Virus record (IMG/VR): IMGVR_UViG_3300047476_001269
Coordinates: 1 to 61,687 of that record
Reading direction: 5' to 3' (one strand)
From: a virus
Lineage: Duplodnaviria; Caudoviricetes
DNA length: 61,687 nucleotides
Shown here: one piece after another, positions 18,851 to 29,636 of the stretch
Layout: each line of letters begins with the position of its first letter
Position numbering within the stretch: position 1 is the first letter of the stretch
Position numbers and translations under genes: made by a program
Notes under the pieces: model-generated
Database searches by the model: none
What the model was told of the DNA's origin: nothing
What the model saw: the letters and a program-made list of their open reading frames with translations, nothing else

Positions 18851-18882
18851 CTAGCAGTAATTATAACCTCATGAGGATCAAA

Positions 18883-19041
18883 ATGTTTGAAAATATTGAA
18901 TTGCGGAAAGTTGCCAACGGTTTTATCATGGTGTTAAACACCGACGATGGTGACACAAGAGAATATGTTTATGACACTGCCCGTAAACTCATGCGAGCAG
19001 TAAAACAGCATCTTGACGCTAACGATAAGGCTGAAGATTAA
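18883..19041 (+). CDS. 52-aa hypothetical protein (not in ORF track)
   Basis: GAGGA RBS; MFENIELRKVANGFIMVLNTDDGDTREYVY... Confidence 0.7.
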   Translation: MFENIELRKVANGFIMVLNTDDGDTREYVYDTARKLMRAVKQHLDANDKAED

Positions 19042-19862
19042 TTGCGGTACTGCTCAAAGCCCGCAATTAGTCCTTTGAATGTAAAATTGTTTGACCCTAG
19101 ATGAAAACCATTTCCGGTGAAGTTATTTGCACCGGTATCTTCCACAATAATTCTGCTGTGTGGGATATTGTGTACATCGGCAAACATGTGAGCATACTCG
19201 CTCAGCAAATATTTTTGCATGTAAACAATATTGATATCGTACTCATTGATACTAGGCCCTTCTAGTATGGAATCAATCACTGGCACAAGATCTTCAAGAT
19301 TCACAAAATCAAATTGGTGATCTTGAAAAATACGAAACGGTGCGGAATCAGTTGCATGCAGCAGTCTCTTGAAAAATCTCTTGTCAGACTCAGTATGATG
19401 AAACACTCCAAACAGTCGTAGATTGTAGAAGTCTTGTGTGCTGGCAATCAACCTAGCAATGATGTTTTTGGCATAACCATAACTGGCCATGGGCAAGTGA
19501 TTGTAAAATTCATGTTCGGGGGCAATGTTAATATTGGTACTGGTATCAAATTCATTTCCGGTACCCATGTTGATAAATTTTGTGAAGTGCGCACGATTGC
19601 GCCACAGGTTGTTGAACATTTCAAGATTGGCAGTGACCAGAGCAGGATCAACTGCGTTGATTCTATCACGACCTGCTAGGGCACAGTGTATCACGTAATC
19701 CACTTTATAATCAGCAAAAAACTTGTCAACTGATTGTGCGTTGGTGAGGTCCAACACACTGTGTCCTGGTGCGTAGATCTTGTATTTGTTGGTGTAGTGA
19801 TTGCGGAGAAACGACCCAATAAAGCCGTTGCCTCCAGTGATTAGAATACTTTTTCTATCCAT
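19038..19862 (-). CDS. NAD-dependent epimerase/dehydratase
   Basis: ILITGGNGFIG Rossmann motif; YGYAK catalytic YxxxK. Confidence 0.85.
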   Translation of the reverse strand: MDRKSILITGGNGFIGSFLRNHYTNKYKIYAPGHSVLDLTNAQSVDKFFADYKVDYVIHCALAGRDRINAVDPALVTANLEMFNNLWRNRAHFTKFINMGTGNEFDTSTNINIAPEHEFYNHLPMASYGYAKNIIARLIASTQDFYNLRLFGVFHHTESDKRFFKRLLHATDSAPFRIFQDHQFDFVNLEDLVPVIDSILEGPSINEYDINIVYMQKYLLSEYAHMFADVHNIPHSRIIVEDTGANNFTGNGFHLGSNNFTFKGLIAGFEQYRN

Positions 19863-20635
19863 TCTGTTGCTAGCTTCAGTCCCTTGGCTGCGCGAATCTC
19901 GTTCCATTTGAGAATTTTTTCTTTGTCTTGGTTTCTTACTGCTTCGTGCTTTAGATTGCCCAGCTCATGCACGTACGGAACAAATGCTGATATGTTCATG
20001 TGAAATTGACATTTGACCAAATAGGTGCTGATCAGTCTTTCGCATATGAAACCGGTATAATCCAATGCAGGATTTGGTTCGTATCCTGCACTTGAATATA
20101 ACATTTTTTTATGTTCATCGTCAAGTTTGTCTATAGCAGCAACATACCGATCTAGAAATTCCAATAGTCCGTCCCAAAATTTAGCAGTACCCACAAAGTA
20201 GTTTGCAGCACAGTAGGTACTGCGATCCATGGGCAGATAAACTAGATCTGGGTTTTCTCCCATTAGTTCCAGCAGTTTTCTTCCTAGTACCACAATGTAA
20301 GGATGGCTCCATGCTCCTTGCTCCCACACATTGTATGCCACAAGTTCATCTGCAGGGTAAGCATTAAAAATCAAAACTTCTGCATCTGAAACTTGTTCAG
20401 TCATGCCTAGTACAGCTGAAGATTCAATGTGCTGTAGTTTTTTACGCCATTGCCAACTAAACACGCCCCAACGATCTACACCTTCTGCTAGCGCACGTTT
20501 GCGCACCTGATGATAGATATAGTGTTCGTATAGGTTTTTAACTGGGTTGGCAGTGTTGTCAAATGGTTCAAATTCTGCATCCAGATGTTCTTTTTGATCT
20601 TCACGATAATAGGCTTGATAAATTTTTATGTTCAT
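19841..20635 (-). CDS. Hypothetical glycan-modification protein
   Basis: KIYQAYY, WGVFSW, ANYFVG and FICERL motifs; TAAATA plus GGAG upstream. Confidence 0.55.
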   Translation of the reverse strand: MNIKIYQAYYREDQKEHLDAEFEPFDNTANPVKNLYEHYIYHQVRKRALAEGVDRWGVFSWQWRKKLQHIESSAVLGMTEQVSDAEVLIFNAYPADELVAYNVWEQGAWSHPYIVVLGRKLLELMGENPDLVYLPMDRSTYCAANYFVGTAKFWDGLLEFLDRYVAAIDKLDDEHKKMLYSSAGYEPNPALDYTGFICERLISTYLVKCQFHMNISAFVPYVHELGNLKHEAVRNQDKEKILKWNEIRAAKGLKLATEWIEKVF

Positions 20636-20671
20636 GCTAGACTCCAGGAATATTTAGTAGTATAATAGATC

Positions 20672-21811
20672 ATGTTTGATAACTTCAACCTTATTGTAGT
20701 AGGCAGCGGACTGTTTGGCAGTGTAGTGGCCGAACGTGCTAGCAGAAACGGATACCGTGTGGCAGTAATTGAAAAACGATCACATATTGCCGGCAACTGT
20801 TATACAGAAGATGATACTGCCACTGGTATCAATGTGCATAGATACGGACCTCACATATTTCATACCAGTAATAGAGAAATATGGAATTACATAAATCAGT
20901 TCACAGAATTCAATCACTATCGTCACAAGTGTTTGAGTTCAGTAGAAGGTAAACTGTACAGCATGCCCATCAATCTCGGCACACTGAACAGTTTTTATAA
21001 TACTACCTATACACCTGCACGAGCTGAAGAGTGTCTGAATCAAATGCGAGAACGCTATGCCAACAGTGATCCAAAAAACTTTGAAGAGCAGGCATTGGCT
21101 TTGGTAGGTCCAGAACTGTATCATGCTTTTATTCGAGGCTATACGCAAAAGCAATGGGAAACTGATCCCAAGCAGTTGCCAGCCAGCTATGCCAGACGCT
21201 TGCCAGTGCGCACTAATCATAACGACAGATACTACAACGACCTCTATGAAGGCATACCAGTAGATGGGTACACTCCTATTTTTGAACGCATGCTGAATCA
21301 CGAAAACATAAAAGTGTTTTTGAACACCGACTGGTTTGAAGTGCAGGATCAAGTGCAGAATCAGTTGGTGATTTACACAGGGCCAATTGATCGTTATTAC
21401 AATTATCAATTTGGTAGACTGAACTGGAGAACCATAGACATTGATTTTCAGATCAAAATGGTTAAAGACTATCAAGGGGTAACGCAGGTTAATTTTCCAG
21501 AAACATCAATATCCTGTACTAGGATCATTGAACACAGACATTTTCATCCGGAGAAAAAGTATCCAGACGATAAAACTGTGATTGGTATAGAATACAGTCG
21601 TGCCGCACAAGGAGACGATACGGTGTACTACCCAGTGAACACCCCAGAGGATCAAGAACGATATGCAAAATATAGAGAACTAGCAGATGCAGAGCCACGC
21701 ACTATCATTGGCGGCAGATTGGGCGAGTACATGTACTATGACATGCATCAAGTGATTGGAGCCGCACTCTCTTGCTATAAAAACAAAATACAGGTAAAAT
21801 TGCAACAATAA
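20672..21811 (+). CDS. glf: UDP-galactopyranose mutase
   Basis: VGSGLFG, HIAGNCY, YGPHIFHT, YTQKQW, YYPVN, GRLGEYMYYDMHQ. Confidence 0.92.
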   Translation: MFDNFNLIVVGSGLFGSVVAERASRNGYRVAVIEKRSHIAGNCYTEDDTATGINVHRYGPHIFHTSNREIWNYINQFTEFNHYRHKCLSSVEGKLYSMPINLGTLNSFYNTTYTPARAEECLNQMRERYANSDPKNFEEQALALVGPELYHAFIRGYTQKQWETDPKQLPASYARRLPVRTNHNDRYYNDLYEGIPVDGYTPIFERMLNHENIKVFLNTDWFEVQDQVQNQLVIYTGPIDRYYNYQFGRLNWRTIDIDFQIKMVKDYQGVTQVNFPETSISCTRIIEHRHFHPEKKYPDDKTVIGIEYSRAAQGDDTVYYPVNTPEDQERYAKYRELADAEPRTIIGGRLGEYMYYDMHQVIGAALSCYKNKIQVKLQQ

Positions 21812-21844
21812 ATACATTATCAATTACTCATTGGAGAATTCAAA

Positions 21845-22876
21845 TTGTCTAAGAATGTCTTAATCACCGGCAGCGCCGGATTCATTGCCCACCATGTGAT
21901 TGACCGTATTCTTCGTACCACAGATTGGAACGTGGTATGTTTGGATCGGTTGGATTTTAGTGGAAACCTTAATCGTCTTGCAGACATGATGCAGGATCAT
22001 GATCCAGAAGTTAGAAAACGTGTACGAGTGGTATGGCACGATCTCAAAGCAGAAATTTCACCACTTACCGCAGGCATGATTGGCGAAGTACACTATGTGC
22101 TGCATTTAGCCGCAGGGTCACATGTGGATCGCTCAATCGAGTATCCAATGGAGTTTGTGATGGATAATGTAGTAGGCACTGTGAATCTTCTACAGTGGGG
22201 TCGTACTCTCAAACAGTTGGAACGTTTTGTTTACTTTTCAACTGACGAAGTGTTTGGTCCCGCGCCACATGGCGTAAACTATAAAGAGTATGATCGTTAT
22301 AACAGTACCAATCCATACAGTGCTAGCAAAGCAGCAGCAGAAGAGCTGTGTGTGGCATTTGAAAACACATACAATTTGCCTATTGTGGTAACACATACTA
22401 TGAATGTGTTTGGCGAAAGGCAACATCCAGAGAAGTATATCCCCATGGTGATCCAGAAGGTACGTGATGGCGAAGTGGTTACTGTACACAGTGATCCAAC
22501 TCGTACACAAGCAGGATCGCGTCACTATATTCATGCCAAAGATGTGGCAGACGGACTGATGTTTATTCTAGACAACCTGCAGGACTACAAACACTCAGGT
22601 GATTACGGTCATGCCAAGTGTCCTAAGTTCAACCTGGTTGGACCAGAAGAGATTGACAATCTTGAGCTAGCACAAATTATTGCACGAGCACAAGGCAAAG
22701 AACTCAAATACGAAATGGTTGACTTCCACAGCAGTCGTCCGGGACACGACCTGCGCTATGCATTGGACGGTGGCTTGTTAGAAAGTCTGGGATGGATTCC
22801 TAAAATCAAACTAAGCGAGCGTGTGAAAGAGGTAGTGGATTGGACACTGGCCAACGATCGGTGGCTGCGCAAATGA
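21845..22876 (+). CDS. rfbB: dTDP-glucose 4,6-dehydratase
   Basis: TGSAGFI, HLAAGSHVDRSI, STDEVFG, PYSASKA, RPGHDLRY; TTG start after GGAG. Confidence 0.85.
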   Translation: MSKNVLITGSAGFIAHHVIDRILRTTDWNVVCLDRLDFSGNLNRLADMMQDHDPEVRKRVRVVWHDLKAEISPLTAGMIGEVHYVLHLAAGSHVDRSIEYPMEFVMDNVVGTVNLLQWGRTLKQLERFVYFSTDEVFGPAPHGVNYKEYDRYNSTNPYSASKAAAEELCVAFENTYNLPIVVTHTMNVFGERQHPEKYIPMVIQKVRDGEVVTVHSDPTRTQAGSRHYIHAKDVADGLMFILDNLQDYKHSGDYGHAKCPKFNLVGPEEIDNLELAQIIARAQGKELKYEMVDFHSSRPGHDLRYALDGGLLESLGWIPKIKLSERVKEVVDWTLANDRWLRK

Positions 22877-23598
22877 ATGCACTAGTCATTGTAACCAGTG
22901 CAGTGGAAAGTAGATTTGGCATTTATAATGCTGATCAAAGACTTGCCATGACTCTAGATACTATAAAAAATCTAAGAGAACGCATACCAAATGTTAAAAT
23001 AGTTGTAAATGAAGTTAGTGGCAACGGATTACATGTTGACAAAGAATCTGCGTTGCTAGAGGCCTGTGATATCTTTTTAGATTTCACTACCAACAAAGAA
23101 GTAAACTGGATATATAACAATCCTGCCTGGTACGACAACTGGGACATAGTAAAAAACTTAACCGAACTTACAACTTTTCCTTTGAGCCTACGCAGTCTGA
23201 TAGACTCAGATGAACTGAATGGTATTGATAGAATTTTTAAAATGTCTGGACGATATCTTTTGAACGAACAGTTTGATATTGATTTTTATTCAACAAATCA
23301 AGTTAAAGATAAAATTGTCATAGGCAAAAGAGTTCCTAGTCAGTTTCCGTTTCAGGTGACTCAACTTGCAGAACAGTACATGGCACGATTGCTCAGTTGG
23401 CCATCTAGTATGCATGCAGACATGATCAATTATTATGTTAATGCTCGCAATTACATGCGCGAACGCATGAAGGCAGGCGGGTATGCTGATATTGAACACT
23501 GTTTGTTTTATGCATTACCAAAAGAACATGTGCTAGAAGTTGATCAAGTGGGAGTTTATGGAACCATTGCACCCAACGGACATCCAATTGTAAATTAA
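22873..23598 (+). CDS. Hypothetical glycan-cluster protein
   Basis: RIFKMSGRY motif; ATGA overlap. Confidence 0.55.
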   Translation: MNALVIVTSAVESRFGIYNADQRLAMTLDTIKNLRERIPNVKIVVNEVSGNGLHVDKESALLEACDIFLDFTTNKEVNWIYNNPAWYDNWDIVKNLTELTTFPLSLRSLIDSDELNGIDRIFKMSGRYLLNEQFDIDFYSTNQVKDKIVIGKRVPSQFPFQVTQLAEQYMARLLSWPSSMHADMINYYVNARNYMRERMKAGGYADIEHCLFYALPKEHVLEVDQVGVYGTIAPNGHPIVN

Positions 23599-23600
23599 AT

Positions 23601-24395
23601 ATGCAAAAATTTCTAACAGATAGAAACTGGCGAGCACTACAAGAACAGTTTCTTAGCAATCAACCATTCAACCATGTTGTGATTGATGATTTTTTCTTAC
23701 CAGAAGTGGCCAAACGACTGGTGACAGAATTTCCTGCATATGATAGCCCAGTTTGGAACGCTCATTACAACAATCCTATAGAAAACAAAAAGGCCTGCAA
23801 TCACTGGGACAAATTTCCTCAGACAACCTATGCTGTGTTTCATTATCTGTGCGGCACAGGATTTGAAAATATTGTGTCAGAGATCACAGGCTATCAAGGT
23901 GTGCAGGCCGATGTGGGGTTACACGGGGGTGGCTGGCATGCTCATGCAACCAGTGGAAAGTTAAATGTGCATCTTGACTACAGCATACATCCCAAGTTAC
24001 AATTAGAACGTCATTACAATCTAATCGTGTACATCACTCCGGACTGGAATCCAGCATGGGGTGGTGGATTGGAACTATGGAGTCATGATTATGAAACCAA
24101 CACAGCCCGAGAACTTGTTACCACGGTTGAAAATAGATTCAATCGTGCAGTGCTTTTTGACACCACCCAATATTCATGGCATGGTTTACCCCAAGATCTC
24201 GTTTGTCCTGAAGGTGTCATGCGACAAAGCCTTGCTGTGTACTACGTCACAGAACCAGCAGACAATGTCAGCAGCAGAGGAAAAGCACTGTTTGTGCCAC
24301 GCGAAGATCAAAAAGAAAACGCGGAAATCCTAGAGCTAATACAAAAACGCAGCCAAGTGGCTACAGCAGAAAGTGTTTATAAAGGACTAAAATGA
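23601..24395 (+). CDS. 2OG-Fe(II) oxygenase
   Basis: PFNHVVIDDF, GGGWH, HLD, WGGGLELW, FNRAVLF, SWHG. Confidence 0.85.
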   Translation: MQKFLTDRNWRALQEQFLSNQPFNHVVIDDFFLPEVAKRLVTEFPAYDSPVWNAHYNNPIENKKACNHWDKFPQTTYAVFHYLCGTGFENIVSEITGYQGVQADVGLHGGGWHAHATSGKLNVHLDYSIHPKLQLERHYNLIVYITPDWNPAWGGGLELWSHDYETNTARELVTTVENRFNRAVLFDTTQYSWHGLPQDLVCPEGVMRQSLAVYYVTEPADNVSSRGKALFVPREDQKENAEILELIQKRSQVATAESVYKGLK

Positions 24396-25129
24396 AAATC
24401 AAAATTTATGTACATCTAAATGATTTACCGGGAGCATTTGATCTAATGAGCGAACAAATGACATTGGCCAGCGAAGTGGGATTACTAGATGCAGCAGATC
24501 AAGTGGTATTATGTACCAATGGTCGTGAAGGCAGTTTTACTGCTGCCAAAGAAGTTCTAAATCCAACAGATTTTCCCAATGTGCAATTTGTACATACCAG
24601 CGATGATACCAAATTGTGGGAATATCCCACACTGAATCAACTTAAAAAAGATTGCGATAGCACAGATGAAGAATTCTACATCTGCTATTTTCATCTAAAA
24701 GGTCTCAGCAGACTGGGAGATACTCGTGTGTCTGATTGGCGTGAATACATGCAATACTGGTGCATTGAACGCTGGCAAGATAATGTGGCCAAGCTAGATG
24801 AGGGTATGGACACTGTGGGTGCAAACTTTATTGAAGCGCCATGGCCACACTATTCAGGTAATTTTTGGTGGGCACGAGCTAGCTATGTTCGTAAATTGGA
24901 TCCAATGGTGCATCCTCGGGATTTACCATGGGGCCAGCAGAGCAAATACATTGATGCAAAACTTGACGAAGGCAACTTTCGTTACGAGCATGAAGCCTGG
25001 ATAGGAAGTAAAAATCCAGTATGGGCAGAACTACATGCCAGTCCAGGCAAACACACGCCCGGTTGGCATTTTGAACACACTTACCCAAGAGAACTGTATG
25101 CAATTGAAACCAGCGAAATTACAAATTGA
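24392..25129 (+). CDS. Hypothetical glycosyltransferase-associated protein
   Basis: YFHLKG, HYSGNFWWA and E.WIG motifs. Confidence 0.55.
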   Translation: MKIKIYVHLNDLPGAFDLMSEQMTLASEVGLLDAADQVVLCTNGREGSFTAAKEVLNPTDFPNVQFVHTSDDTKLWEYPTLNQLKKDCDSTDEEFYICYFHLKGLSRLGDTRVSDWREYMQYWCIERWQDNVAKLDEGMDTVGANFIEAPWPHYSGNFWWARASYVRKLDPMVHPRDLPWGQQSKYIDAKLDEGNFRYEHEAWIGSKNPVWAELHASPGKHTPGWHFEHTYPRELYAIETSEITN

Positions 25130-26054
25130 TGATCCAACTAGAATTCTAGTTGATAGAAGAAAAGCAGTAGGCGATGTGATTATGATCACCCCAGTTCTGC
25201 GAGAACTAAGACGTCGTTATGGATCCGATGCATTTATTCAAGTGGTAACCGAAGAAACCAATGTACTTGAAAACAATACAGATATTAATCGTGTGGTTAC
25301 TCCACAAAACATGCAGGCAACCGATGCATGGGACTTGTATTTGAATCTTAATGATGCATACGAGCAAAATGTAAAATCTCATTATGTTGAAGCTTATCTA
25401 TACAGAGCGTTTGGCATGCAGATTGAAAACATTGACAGAACCTTGATACTCAACACCACTCAAGAAGAAAAACAAGCAGTAGACGAAGCATTAATAGATA
25501 TTGGTGGACCTTATGTTGTGCTTCACATGAGACGTTTTGCTTGGGAAAATAAAAATGTTGATCCTACACTGTGGACCATGCTCATGGCCTGGATCGAAGC
25601 CAGTTATCCTGACATGCGTATAATTTCTATTGGAGCACAGTATGATCTTAGAGTACCAGGACAACTTGGGTCAAGATACATTGATCTAGTAGAACAGTTG
25701 AGTCTTGGCGAAATCAAATATCTTATTGAAAACGCTGATGCGTTTATTGGCGGCGATAGTGGTCCGTATCATATTGCATGTACTACTAGTACACCCATAG
25801 TAGCACTGCTGACTCACCTAGATCCAGAACAGATACTGCCCTGGAGAGATGGAGAATTTGGCAAAGATGTGCATGTGGTTAAAAGTCGTGTGCCATGCAC
25901 TGGCTGCTATGCAAGACAAAAGCCACCAGTGCGAGCATTGGTGTGCGAACAACCCAAAGACCAAGAATGGGTGTGTAATAAAAGTTTTGATTTTAATGAG
26001 ATTACCGTGGCCTTGACTAATGCGATTGGAAAAACACATGTTGAACTCGCATAA
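25098..26054 (+). CDS. GT9 (heptosyltransferase-like) glycosyltransferase
   Basis: AVGDVIMITPVLRELR and FIGGDSGPYHIA. Confidence 0.85.
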   Translation: MQLKPAKLQIDDPTRILVDRRKAVGDVIMITPVLRELRRRYGSDAFIQVVTEETNVLENNTDINRVVTPQNMQATDAWDLYLNLNDAYEQNVKSHYVEAYLYRAFGMQIENIDRTLILNTTQEEKQAVDEALIDIGGPYVVLHMRRFAWENKNVDPTLWTMLMAWIEASYPDMRIISIGAQYDLRVPGQLGSRYIDLVEQLSLGEIKYLIENADAFIGGDSGPYHIACTTSTPIVALLTHLDPEQILPWRDGEFGKDVHVVKSRVPCTGCYARQKPPVRALVCEQPKDQEWVCNKSFDFNEITVALTNAIGKTHVELA

Positions 26055-26814
26055 CTGGCAAGAACTGTACAGCGAGTTTTCAACTGCTGAACCTTTCAAT
26101 CATGTGGTAATTGATAATTTTTTTACTCCGCAGGTGGCAGATTTATTGTATAACGAATTTCCTGCCTACGACAGCGAACAGTGGATTTATTACCACAATG
26201 CACTAGAAGACAAAAAAACCTGTAACCACTGGGACAAGTTTCCTCTTGCTACCTATAGAGCTTTTGAATTTTTAAACAGTAACATTTTTGTAGACCAGCT
26301 GAAAATTATTACAGGAATACATGATCTCAAAGGAGACATTGGGTTGCACGGAGGTGGGTGGCATGCCCACAGCAAAGGTGGCAAAAACAACATTCATCTG
26401 GATTACGATATTCACCCGAAGCTTGGACTACAGCGCAAGATCAATATCATTGTGTACATGACTCCCGAGTGGGACTCTACGTGGGGCGGTGGATTAGAGT
26501 TATGGAGTCATGATCCAGACACTGGTAGACCAAAACAAATGGTCAAACTGGTTGAAAATCAATTCAATCGTGCAGTGATCTTTGATACCACACAAAACTC
26601 ATGGCACGGACTGCCTAGAGAATTGATTTGTCCACCTGGGGTTGTAAGACGCAGTCTAGCCGTGTATTATCTTACAACTCCTGCTGCCACTGTGACTGAC
26701 CGTAAAAAAGCACTGTTTGCTCCTTACGGAGATCAAGCAAACGATCCTGAAGTACTAGAACTCATAAGAAAAAGAGCAAACATAGAACAAGCGTCAAGCG
26801 TATATAGAAAATGA
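26038..26814 (+). CDS. 2OG-Fe(II) oxygenase, paralog of 23601
   Basis: Same motifs (KKTCNHWDKFP, GLHGGGWH, SWHGLP). Confidence 0.85.
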   Translation: MLNSHNWQELYSEFSTAEPFNHVVIDNFFTPQVADLLYNEFPAYDSEQWIYYHNALEDKKTCNHWDKFPLATYRAFEFLNSNIFVDQLKIITGIHDLKGDIGLHGGGWHAHSKGGKNNIHLDYDIHPKLGLQRKINIIVYMTPEWDSTWGGGLELWSHDPDTGRPKQMVKLVENQFNRAVIFDTTQNSWHGLPRELICPPGVVRRSLAVYYLTTPAATVTDRKKALFAPYGDQANDPEVLELIRKRANIEQASSVYRK

Positions 26815-28052
26815 AAACTAACGTCACTGAAATTATTGAATGTCTAGCATGCGGTAACAATTATTTGGTGCCTATATTGGATCTAAATGATCAACCTCTA
26901 GCCAATGCATTCAAACAAGAAAGCCAAGACTCTGAACCATATTTTCCTCTAGCGGTAAACATGTGTTCCAACTGTCATCATTTGCAACTTACACATGCAG
27001 TGGATCCTGCATTGATCTATAAACATTATTTGTATGTGAGTGGAACCAGTAAAACCTACTTGCATTACATGCACTGGTATGCAAAATTCACTGAAGAAGT
27101 TTTCATGACACATGCCAAGCGATTGCCACGAACTGTGCTAGACATTGGCTGCAACGATGGCAGTCAGTTGAACTTCTTTGCAGATGATGGCTTAAAAACC
27201 ATTGGCGTGGATCCTGCTGAAAATCTATATCCTATCAGCACACGCAGTGGACATCATGTGGTTATGGATTTTTGGAACAAGGACGCACAGAACAGTGTTG
27301 CACAAGCAGCAGGCATCAGTGGCATTGACATCATAACCAGTCAAAATGCCTTTGCGCACATACCTGATCCATTAGGCTATTTGCAGTTGGTTCGCGATAT
27401 CATGCACGAAAACAGTCTCATGTTTATCAGTACCAGCCAAGCTGACATGGTGTTGAACAATGAGTTTGATACTATCTACCATGAGCATATCAGTTTTTTT
27501 AATGTAAAAAGCATGCAAGCGTTAGCTGAACGTGCTGGGCTATATTTAATAGACACTATCAAGACTCCTATACATGGTGTAAGCTATATCTTTGTACTGA
27601 GCAAACGACCACGTGTTCAACGAGTTAAAAACATCATTGCCATGGAACAAGCAGCAGGATTGTACACAGACGAAACCTATGCAGCTTGGGCAGCAAATAC
27701 CCTCAAGCTGGTTGCAGATCTCAAGGTGTTTGTGGAACTGTATCGTAACAAAGGATACGTACTGGGCGGGTACGGTGCTGCTGCCAAAGGTAACACACTA
27801 TTAAATTTTAGTAAAATTAAACTAGATTTTATTATTGATGACAATGAGCTCAAGCAGAATCATTACAGTCCGGGCATGAGCATTCCTGTGGTTCCTATTG
27901 ATCACTTGGATCAATATGCTGCGGATCAAAAAATACTGTTTATTCCATTAGCATGGAACTATTTTGATGATATCCAAAAGAAAATTCTAGCCAAGAGAAA
28001 CAACGAAAACGATAAGTTTCTCAAATACTTTCCTAAGGTAGAAATACAATGA
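26811..28052 (+). CDS. NDP-sugar C-methyltransferase
   Basis: CxxC...PLAN...CxxC zinc site, DIGCNDG, FDTIYHEH, YGAAAKGNTLLN, LAWNY. Confidence 0.85.
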   Translation: MKTNVTEIIECLACGNNYLVPILDLNDQPLANAFKQESQDSEPYFPLAVNMCSNCHHLQLTHAVDPALIYKHYLYVSGTSKTYLHYMHWYAKFTEEVFMTHAKRLPRTVLDIGCNDGSQLNFFADDGLKTIGVDPAENLYPISTRSGHHVVMDFWNKDAQNSVAQAAGISGIDIITSQNAFAHIPDPLGYLQLVRDIMHENSLMFISTSQADMVLNNEFDTIYHEHISFFNVKSMQALAERAGLYLIDTIKTPIHGVSYIFVLSKRPRVQRVKNIIAMEQAAGLYTDETYAAWAANTLKLVADLKVFVELYRNKGYVLGGYGAAAKGNTLLNFSKIKLDFIIDDNELKQNHYSPGMSIPVVPIDHLDQYAADQKILFIPLAWNYFDDIQKKILAKRNNENDKFLKYFPKVEIQ

Positions 28053-28888
28053 GCACATTAAAAGATGTTACACTAGTAACAATTGAAACACACTATCACG
28101 ATCTTGCTGCTCGTGCGCTAGAAGAAACTGTAAAACGATTACCAGTTGGCAAGGTAGTCACTTTTAGTGATCGTGAACTGCTTGCAGGTGCAACCAACAT
28201 TCCCACCGTCCCTATCAAAAGTATCACAGACTATTGTGATATCATGCTCAAGAGCTTTTGGCCATTTATAGATACAGAGTTTATTATTTTTGCACAATGG
28301 GATGCCATGGCATTTGATCCATCATTGTGGACAGACGACTTTTTAAACTACGATTACATTGGTGCAATCTGGCCTTGGGAACCACCGGGGCAGAATGTGG
28401 GCTGTGGCGGGTTTAGTTTGCGCAGTATGAAACTGCTACAAGCTCTGCGCTATCCAGTTATACAAATGAGTGAAACCCACAGTCTTGGACTTAAACATGA
28501 AGATACTTACATAGGTGTGGTTCATAGAAAATTGTTAGAACAAAAATTCAACATAAGATTTGCGCCGCAAGAAACAGCCAGTAGATTCAGTTACGAGCTT
28601 GGTGCCTATAACGGTAGTATGAGTTTTCATGGATTCTGGAACATTATTAATTTTATGCCTAATGATGTGACGGACTTTTTTGTTACGCATCGTCCGCCTG
28701 GGATGTTTGACGAGTTGCATCGGGCTCACCACACCATTGTTGCTTTAGCAATGGCCGATCGGTTGGATCTGTTAGAACAGTGTGCAGATGAAATACGCAA
28801 TGGCACCGATTATCAAAAGGTATTTGCTTGGTTAAGCAACGAGAACTTTGACAACAAAACAGCAGTGTTAGACTTAATAAAAAGTTAA
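28049..28888 (+). CDS. DUF5672-like protein
   Basis: QWD, FLNYDYIGAIW, VGCGGFSLRS, ED and FHG motifs. Confidence 0.75.
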   Translation: MSTLKDVTLVTIETHYHDLAARALEETVKRLPVGKVVTFSDRELLAGATNIPTVPIKSITDYCDIMLKSFWPFIDTEFIIFAQWDAMAFDPSLWTDDFLNYDYIGAIWPWEPPGQNVGCGGFSLRSMKLLQALRYPVIQMSETHSLGLKHEDTYIGVVHRKLLEQKFNIRFAPQETASRFSYELGAYNGSMSFHGFWNIINFMPNDVTDFFVTHRPPGMFDELHRAHHTIVALAMADRLDLLEQCADEIRNGTDYQKVFAWLSNENFDNKTAVLDLIKS

Positions 28889-28913
28889 TAAAGTAGCAAA
28901 AAAACAACAAAAT

Positions 28914-28939
28914 ACCCTAGCATTTGCTAGGGTTTTTTT
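28914..28939 (+). terminator. Intrinsic terminator
   Basis: ACCCTAGC-ATTT-GCTAGGGT followed by a T-run. Confidence 0.75.
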
Positions 28940-28943
28940 ACGG

Positions 28944-28972
28944 TTGACCATATTACCCCATTTTGCTATACT
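28944..28972 (+). promoter_or_regulatory. Sigma70-type early promoter
   Basis: TTGACC-17 nt-TATACT, preceded by CGG. Confidence 0.8.
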
Positions 28973-29005
28973 AGCGGTGTTGTCAACTACAAAGGAGCGT
29001 TTGCA

Positions 29006-29473
29006 ATGTCCAAACTTTTTACTTTTGCTGGCACTTGTACTGAAAACGGTGCCGTTGTTTACAAATTTGCTAACGATGCAAAACGTGCCAAAGCACTAGA
29101 GCGTTTTGGTTGTACAAATGTAAACATGATTGAGCTGCCAAGTGCAATGGATAAAGAAGCCGCAGTTGCATTTCTTGCAACAAAAGGCATGACAGCAGGC
29201 AAAGCACCCAAGGTTGCTAAAACTGCAAAAGCAGCAACAGTCAAAGTCACTATGCCCAAAGGCAAAGTCAAGGTTGCTAAAACTGCAACCGCTGATGCAC
29301 TGAGCCGCGAGGCCTATGATCAGGCAGTGCTCAATTGGGAAGCTAACGAACTGCCTGTGCGCTCATTTGCCGAGTGGAAGCGTGATGTAGTAGCAGCAGA
29401 CAAGTTCTTTGCCAAGTGCGAAGACAAGTTGGCTAAAAAAATTGCAGTTGGTAAATGGTTCAAGGAGGCCTAA
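29006..29473 (+). CDS. Basic Lys/Ala-rich early protein
   Basis: AAAGGAG RBS; duplicated KVAKTA segment. Confidence 0.7.
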   Translation: MSKLFTFAGTCTENGAVVYKFANDAKRAKALERFGCTNVNMIELPSAMDKEAAVAFLATKGMTAGKAPKVAKTAKAATVKVTMPKGKVKVAKTATADALSREAYDQAVLNWEANELPVRSFAEWKRDVVAADKFFAKCEDKLAKKIAVGKWFKEA

Positions 29474-29477
29474 TCAT

Positions 29478-29636
29478 ATGAAATCCGCAGAACAGCAGCG
29501 ATTAGAACATCGCCTGTTCTGCGTTCGTGAAGCACGATCTCGCGGACGCAGTTCCTGGGCAAGAGATTTTTGGAGCCTGGTTGAAAAAAATCTTGTACGG
29601 CGTTATAATCTTCAACAAGGATTAAAAAATGTCTAG
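29478..29636 (+). CDS. Small hypothetical protein
   Basis: AAGGAGG RBS before ATG 29478. Confidence 0.6.
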   Translation: MKSAEQQRLEHRLFCVREARSRGRSSWARDFWSLVEKNLVRRYNLQQGLKNV

